DNA of 64,000 nt, taken from the NCBI RefSeq assembly GCF_009914755.1, contig NC_060933.1. One strand, given 5' to 3'. Made by a program: the position numbers and the translations under genes. Position 1 is the stretch's first letter. Each line of letters starts with the position of its first letter. Positions 57,020 through 64,000 of the stretch are shown one piece after another. Source of the stretch: the human T2T-CHM13v2.0 reference genome, Homo sapiens. The notes below the pieces were generated by a model. That model worked only from the letters and a program-made list of their open reading frames with translations, was not told the origin of the DNA and did no database searches.

Positions 57020-58620
57020 TCCATTCCATTCCATTCCATTCCATTCCATTCCATTCCATTCCATTCCATTCCAATTCTTTGCATTCCTTTCTTTTCCGTA
57101 CCATTCCATTCCATTCCATACAATTCCATTCCATTCCATTCCACTCCGTTCCGTTCCGTTCCGTTCCGTTCCATTCCATTCCATTCTATTCGGTTTAATT
57201 CCATTCCATTCCATTCTATTCCATTCCATTGCAATCGAGTTGAATCCATTGCATTCCATTCCATTCCATTCCATTCCATTCCATTCCATTCAATTCCGGA
57301 AGATTCCATTCCATTGCATTCCATTCCATTCCATTCCATTCCATTCCATTCCATTCCATTCCATTCCATTCCATTGTACTCGGCTTGATTCCATTCCATT
57401 CCATTCCATTACATTCCATTCCATTCCATTCCATTCCGATCCATTCCATTCCATTACATTCCGATTGATTCTTTTCATCTCCCTTACTCTCCATTACATT
57501 CCATTCCATTCGGGTTGTTCCTTTCAATTCCATTCCATTCCATTCCACTCCATTCCATTGCACTCGGGTTGATTGCATTCCATTCCATTCCATTCCATTC
57601 CGGATGATTCCATTCCATTGCATTTCGTTCCATTACATTCCCCTGCACTCGGGTTGATTCCATTCCATTCCATTCCATTCCATTCGATTCTATTCCATTC
57701 CCCTGCACTCGCGTTGATTCCATTCCATTCCATTCCATTCCATTCCATTCCATTCCATTCCTTTCCATTCCAGTTCTTTCCATTCCATTCCACACGGGTT
57801 GATTCCATTCTATTAGATTCCATTCCATTCCATTCCCTTCCATTCCACTCTGGTTGATTCCATTCCTTTCCATTCCACTCGAATACATTCCCTCCTATTC
57901 CACTCGGAACGATTCCATTCTATTCCATTCCATTCCATTCCATTCCATTCCCCTGTACTCTGGTTGATTCCATTCCATTCCATTCCACTCCATTCGGTTC
58001 CGTTGCATTCCATTCTATTGCATTCCATTCTATTCGGGTTAATTCCATTCCATTCTATTCCATTCCATTCCATTCCATTCCATTGCAATGGAGTTGATTC
58101 CATTCCATTCCATTCCATTCCGGATGATTCCATTCCATTGCATTCCATTCCATTCCATTCCCCTGCACTCGTGTTGATTCCATTCCCTTCCATTCCATTC
58201 CATTCCGTTCCATTCCATTCCATTCCATTCTATTCCGGTTAATTCCATTCCATTCCATTCCATTCCATTCCATTCCATTGCAATCGAGTTGATTCCATTC
58301 CATTCCTTTCCATTCCATTCCATTGCCTTGCATTCCACTCGGGTTGATTCCATTCCCTTCTTTCCACTCCATTACATTCCCTTCCATGATTGATTCCATT
58401 CCATTCCATTCCATTTCATTCCATTGCAATCCATTCCAATCCATTCCATTCCATTCCATTCCTCTCCATTCCATTGCACTCGGGTTGATTCCATTCCATT
58501 CCATTCCATTCCATTACATTACATTACATTACATTACATTACATTCCGTTCCATTGTACTCGGGTTGATTCCATTCCATTGCATTCCATTCCATTCCATT
58601 CCATTCCATTCCATTCCATT
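57020..58620 (+). repeat. About 1.6 kb block duplicated at about 62410-64000 (offset about 5377)
   Basis: ORF pairs 57813/63190, 57964/63341 and 58039/63416 are all offset by 5377. Both copies share ACATTCCGATTGATTCTTTTCATCTCCC and a 12 bp deletion (CCCTTCCATGATTGATT at ~58379 and ~63756). Confidence 0.93.
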
Positions 58621-61550
58621 CCATTCCATTCCGTTCCATTCCATTACATTCGGATTGATTCTATTCAACTCCCTTACTCTCCATTACATTCCATTCCATT
58701 CGGGTTGTTCCATTCCATTCCATTCCATTCCACTCCATTCCATTGCACTCGGGTTGATTCCATTCCATTCCATTCCATTCCATTCCATTCCATTCCATTC
58801 CATTCCGGATGATTCCATTCCATTGCATTCCGTTCCATTACATACCCCTGCAGTCGGGTTGATTCCATTCCATTCCAATCCATTCCATTCGATTCCATTC
58901 CATTCCAATTCTTTCCATTCCATTCTATTCCGTACCATTCCATTCCATTCCATACAATTCCATTCCATTCCATTCCACTCCGTTCCGTTCCGTTCCGTTC
59001 CGTTCCTTTCCATTCCATTCCATTCCATTCTATTCGGTTTAATTCCATTCCATTCCATTCCATTCCATTCTATTCCATTCCATTGCAATCGAGTTGAATC
59101 CACTGCATTCCGTTCCATTCCATTCCATTCCATTCCATTCCGGAAGATTCCATTCCATTGCATTCCATTCCATTCCATTCCATTCCATTCCATTCCATTG
59201 TACTCTGGTTGATTCCATTCCATTGCATTCCATTCCATTCCATTCCATTCCATTCCATTCCATTCCATTCCGTTCCATTCCATTCCATTACATTCGGATT
59301 GATTCTTTTCAACTCCCTTACTCTCCATTACATTCCATTCCATTCGGGTTGTTCCATTCCATTCCATTCCATTCCACTCCATTCCATTTCACTCGGGTTG
59401 ATTCCATTCCATTCCATTTCATTCCATTCCGGATGATTCCATTCCATTGCATTCCGTTCCATTACATTCCCCTGCACTCGGGTTGATTCCATTCCATTCC
59501 ATTCCATTCCATTCCATTCCATTCCCCTGCACTCGCGTTGATTCCATTCCATTCCATTCCATTCCATTCCATTCCATTCCATTCTATTCCATTCCTTTCC
59601 GTTCCATTCCATTCTATTCCATTCCATTCCGTTCCGTTCCATTCCATTCCATTCCATTCTATTCGGGTTAATTCCATTCCATTCCATTCGGTTGCAATCG
59701 AGTTGATTCCATTCCATTCCATTCCATTCCATTCCATTCCATTCCTTTCCATTCCATTACGGATGATTCCATTCCATTGCATTCCATTCCATTCCATTCC
59801 CCTGTACTCGGGTTGATTCCATTCCTTTCCATTCCAATCCATGCCATTCCACTCGTGTTGATTCCATTCTTTCCTTTCCATTCAAGTTGAATCCATTCCA
59901 TTGCATTCCATTCCATTCGATTCCATTCGATTGCACACGGGTTGATTCCATTCCATTGCATTCCATTCCATTCCATTCCATTCCATTCCATTCCATTCCG
60001 TTCCATTCCATTTCATTACATTCAGATTGATTCTATTCAATTCCCTTACACTCCATTATATTCCAATCCATTCTGGTTGTTTCCATTCCATTCCATTCCA
60101 TTTCACTCCATTCAATTGCTCTCGGGTTGATTCCATTCCATTCCATTCCATTCCATTCCATTCCATTCCGGATGATTCCATTCCATTGCATTCCATTCCA
60201 TTCCATTCCCCTGCACTCGGGTTGATTCCATTCCATTCCATTACATTACATTCCGTTCCATTACATTCCATTCCATTCGGATTGATTCTATTCAATTCCC
60301 TTACACTTCATTACATTCCATTCCATTTGGGTAGTTTCCATTCCATTCCATTCCATTCCTCTCTATTCCATTGCACTCGGGTTGATTCCATTCCATTCCA
60401 TTCCATTCCATTCCATTCCATTCCATTCCATTCCATTCCATTCCTTTCCATTCCATTCCATTCCATTGTACTCGGGTTGATTCCATTCCATTGCATTCCA
60501 TTCCATTCCATTCCATTCCGTTCCATTCCATTCCATTACATTCGGATTGATTCTATTCAACTCCCTTACTCTCCATTGCATTCGATTCCATTCGGGTTGT
60601 TCCATTCCATTCCATTCCATTCCACTCCATTCCATTGCACTCGGGTTTATTCCATTCCATTCCATTCCATTCCGGAAGATTCCATTCCATTGCATTCCAT
60701 TACATTCCATTCCCCTGCACTCGCGTTGATTCCATTCCATTCCATTCCATTCCAATCCATTCCATTCCATTCCATTCCATTCCATTCCTTTCCGTTCCAC
60801 TCCATTCCATTCCATTCCATTCCATTCCATTCCGTTCCGTTCCGTTCCGTTCCATTCCATTCCATTCAATTCTATTCGGGTTAATTCCATTCCTTTCCAT
60901 TCGATTGCAATCGAGTTGATTCCGTTCCATTCCATTCCATTCCATTCCATTCCATTCCTTTCCATTCCATTACGGATGATTCCATTCCATTGCATTCCAT
61001 TCCATTCCCCTGTACTCGGGTTGATTCCATTCCATTCCATTCCAATCCATGCCATTCCACTCGTGTTGATTCCATTCTTTCCATTCCATTCAAGTTGAAT
61101 CCATTCCATTGCATTCCATTCCATTCAATTCCATTCGATTGCACTCGGGTTGATTCCATTCCATTGCATTCCATTCCATTCCATTTCATTCCATTCCATT
61201 CCTTTCCATTCCATTCCATTCCATTCCATTCCATTGCAATTGAGTTGATTCCCTTCCATTCCTTTCCATTCCATTCCATTGCCTTGCATTCCACTCGGGT
61301 TGATTCCATTCCCTTCTTTCCACTCCATTACATTCCCTTCCATTCCACTCGGAATGATTGATTCCATTCCATTCCATTCCATTTCATTCCATTGCAATCC
61401 ATTCCAATCCATTCCATTCCATTCCATTCCACTCGAGTTGATTTCATTCCATTCCTTTCCATTCCATTCCATTCCTTTCCACTCGAGTTGATTCCATTCC
61501 ATTCCATTCCATTGCATTCCATTCCATGCCATTCCACTCGGGTTGATTCC
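58460..61550 (+). repeat. About 3.1 kb segment duplicated from about 32340-35500 (offset about 26.1 kb)
   Basis: Shared ACATACCCCTG (~32709, ~58840), GAATCCACTGC (~32960, ~59096), CCATTTCACTCGGG (~33323, ~59384) and all block Y variants. ORF starts 32958/59094 and 33900/59942 correspond. Confidence 0.9.
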
Positions 61551-62409
61551 ATTCCTTTGCATTCCATTCCATTCCATTCCATTCCATTCCATTCCATTCC
61601 ATTCCGTTGCATTCCATTCCATTACATTCGGATTGATTCTTTTCAAATCCCTTACTCTCCATTATATTCCATTCCATTCTGGTTGTTCCATTCCATTCCA
61701 TTCCATTCCACTCCATTCCATTGCACTCGGGTTGATTCCATTCCATTCCATTCCATTCCATTCCATTCCATTCCATTCCGGATGATTCCATTCCATTGCA
61801 TTCCATTCCATTACATTCCCCTGCACTCTCGTTGATTCCATTCCATTCCACTCCATTCCATTCAATTCCATTCCATTACAATTCGTTCCATTCCATTCTA
61901 TTCCGTACCATTCCATTCCATTTCATACCATTCCATTCCGTTCCATTCCATTCCATTCCATTCTATTCGGGTTAATTCCATTCCATTCCATTCCATTCCA
62001 TTCTATTCCATTCCATTGCAATCGTGTTGAATCCATTGCATTTCATTCCATTCCATTCCATTCCATTCCATTCCGCAAAATTCCATTCCATTGCATTCCA
62101 TTCCATTCCATTCCCCTGCACTCGCGTTGATTCCATTCCATTCCATTCCATTCCATTCCGTTCCGTTCCTTTCCATTCCATTCCTTTCCAATCCATTCCA
62201 TTCCATTCCATTCCGTTCCATTCCATTCCATTCCATTCTATTCGGGTTAATTCCATTCCATTCCATTCTATTGCAATCGTGTTGATTCCAATCCGTTCCA
62301 TTCCATTCCATTCCATTCCATTCCATTCCATTCCTTTCAATTCCATTACGGATGATTCCATTCAATTGCAATGCATTCCATTCCATTCCCCTGTACTCGG
62401 GTTGATTCC

Positions 62410-64000
62410 ATTCCATTCCATTCCATTCCATTCCATTCCATTCCATTCCATTCCATTCCAATTCTTTGCATTCCTTTCTATTCCGTACCATTCCATTCCA
62501 TTCTATACAATTCCATTCCATTCCATTCCACTCCGTTCCGTTCCGTTCCGTTCCGTTCCATTCCATTCCATTCTATTCGGTTTAATTCCATTCCATTCCA
62601 TTCTATTCCATTCCATTGCAATCGAGTTGAATCCATTGCATTCCATTCCATTCCATTCCATTCCATTCCATTCCATTCCATTCAATTCCGGAAGATTCCA
62701 TTCCATTGCATTCCATTCCATTCCATTCCATTCCATTCCATTCCATTCCATTGTACTCGGGTTGATTCCATTCCATTCCATTCCATTCCATTCCATTCCA
62801 TTCCGATCCATTCCATTCCATTACATTCCGATTGATTCTTTTCATCTCCCTTACTCTCCATTACATTCCATTCCATTCGGGTTGTTCCTTTCAATTCCAT
62901 TCCATTCCATTCCACTGCATTCCATTGCACTCGTGTTGATTGCATTCCATTCCATTCCATTCCATTCCGGATGATTCCATTCCATTGCATTTCGTTCCAT
63001 TACATTCCCCTGCACTCGGGTTGATTCCATTCCATTCCATTCCATTCCATTCGATTCTATTCCATTCCCCTGCACTCGCGTTGATTCCATTCCATTCCAT
63101 TCCATTCCATTCCATTCCATTCCATTCCATTCCATTCCTTTCCATTCCAGTCCTTTCCATTCCATTCCACTCGGGTTGATTCCATTCTATTAGTTTCCAT
63201 TCCATTCCATTCCCTTCCATTCCACTCTGGTTGATTCCATTCCTTTCCATTCCACTCGAATACATTCCCTCCTATTCCACTCGGAACGATTCCATTCTAT
63301 TCCATTCCATTCCATTCCATTCCATTCCCCTGTACTCTGGTTGATTCCATTCCATTCCATTCCACTCCATTCGGTTCCGTTGCATTCCATTCTATTGCAT
63401 TCCATTCTATTCGGGTTAATTCCATTCCATTCTATTCCATTCCATTCCATTCCATTCCATTGCAATGGAGTTGATTCCATTCCATTCCATTCCATTCCGG
63501 ATGATTCCATTCCATTGCATTCCATTCCATTCCATTCCCCTGCACTCGTGTTGATTCCATTCCCTTCCATTCCATTCCATTCCGTTCCATTCCATGCCAT
63601 TCCATTCTATTCCGGTTAATTCCATTCCATTCCATTCCATTCCATTCCATTCCATTGCAATCGAGTTGATTCCATTCCATTCCTTTCCATTCCATTCCAT
63701 TGCCTTGCATTCCACTCGGGTTGATTCCATTCCCTTCTTTCCACTCCATTACATTCCCTTCCATGATTGATTCCATTCCATTCCATTCCATTTCATTCCA
63801 TTGCAATCCATTCCAATCCATTCCATTCCATTCCATTCCTCTCCATTCCATTGCACTTCGGGTTGATTCCATTCCATTCCATTCCATTCCATTCCATTAC
63901 ATTACATTACATTACATTCCGTTCCATTGTACTCGGGTTGATTCCATTCCATTGCATTCCATTCCATTCCATTCCATTCCATTCCATTCCATTCCATTCC
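62410..64000 (+). repeat. Second copy of the 57020-58620 block, running to the window edge
   Basis: Shares the variants of the first copy, and differs by a 1 bp insertion (GCACTTCGGG, ~63853) and a shorter CATTA run. Confidence 0.9.

Larger units (their letters stand above)
1..64000 (+). repeat. Satellite III (HSat3)-type array: (CATTC)n with interspersed ACTCGGGTTG-family spacers; extends past both window edges
   Basis: Every line is dominated by CATTC pentamers, interrupted every few tens of bases by (G/C)CACTCGGGTTGA, GTACTCGGGTTGA, GCAATCGAGTTGA, CTATTCGGGTTAA and CCGGATGA. CATTC plus the CAACCCGAGT (reverse complement) spacer is the classical Satellite III signature. The dense CATTCGATTC/GATGATTCC pattern of HSat2 is not dominant. 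Confidence 0.97.

Noticed and set aside
63853-63863. Single +1 insertion GCACTTCGGG as a meaningful feature
   Set aside because: It is an isolated event absent from the duplicate at ~58476, so it could be a private mutation or a sequencing error.
113-63887. Hundreds of ORFs encoding MEWNG or IPFHS repeats
   Set aside because: Pure (CATTC)n has no stop codon in any of the six frames and gives ATG every 5 bp on the minus strand. The ORFs overlap in all frames and end only at spacer-derived stops, with no domain or gene structure.
1-64000. CRISPR-like repeat/spacer array
   Set aside because: The interrupting segments are themselves highly repeated and derived from the pentamer. There are no constant-length unique spacers, no leader and no cas genes.
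1-64000. HSat2 or alpha satellite
   Set aside because: CGATTC is sporadic rather than dominant, and there is no 171 bp monomer or CENP-B box.
1-64000. Assignment to a strictly periodic HSat3 array such as DYZ1 (about 3.5 kb) or the 1.8 kb chromosome 15 repeat, or to any chromosome
   Set aside because: Landmark spacing is irregular, and the few EcoRI sites (~3963, 15432, 20225, 30358) show no period. Assignment needs subfamily-specific k-mers or an alignment that I cannot run.
1-64000. Inversion, transposon insertion or non-satellite island
   Set aside because: I found no GGAAT tract on the + strand, no poly-A tail or target-site duplication, and no stretch lacking the pentamer frame.
1-64000. 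GGAA microsatellite enhancer (EWS-FLI1 type), telomeric repeat or G-quadruplex
   Set aside because: The period is 5 (GGAAT), not tandem GGAA. GGGTTA occurs only as isolated spacer words, and runs of three or more G are too far apart for a canonical G4.

Overview
The whole 64 kb window is one uninterrupted block of pericentromeric (CATTC)n/(GGAAT)n satellite. The C/T-rich strand is on + throughout, and the ACTCGGGTTG-type spacers diagnostic of human/primate Satellite III (HSat3) recur across it. I see no genes, transposon insertions, strand inversions or non-satellite islands. All ORFs in the track (MEWNG / IPFHS repeats) arise because the pure pentamer has no stop codon in any frame. The informative structure is higher order. 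First, a small vocabulary of recurring 15-150 bp variant cassettes appears in a largely conserved order. Second, duplications are nested from 60 bp to 3.3 kb, including a clean 3.3 kb head-to-tail duplication (about 35.8-42.45 kb) and a 2.1 kb block repeated three times at about 13 kb spacing. Third, one cassette (TTCCGGAAGATTC) is a perfect three-unit heat shock element, present in about 29 copies. I found no convincing new protein- or RNA-coding system; the best functional lead is the dispersed HSE set within a TEAD-motif background. Counts and offsets were read by eye and block boundaries are approximate. Species, chromosome and subfamily cannot be assigned without a search.
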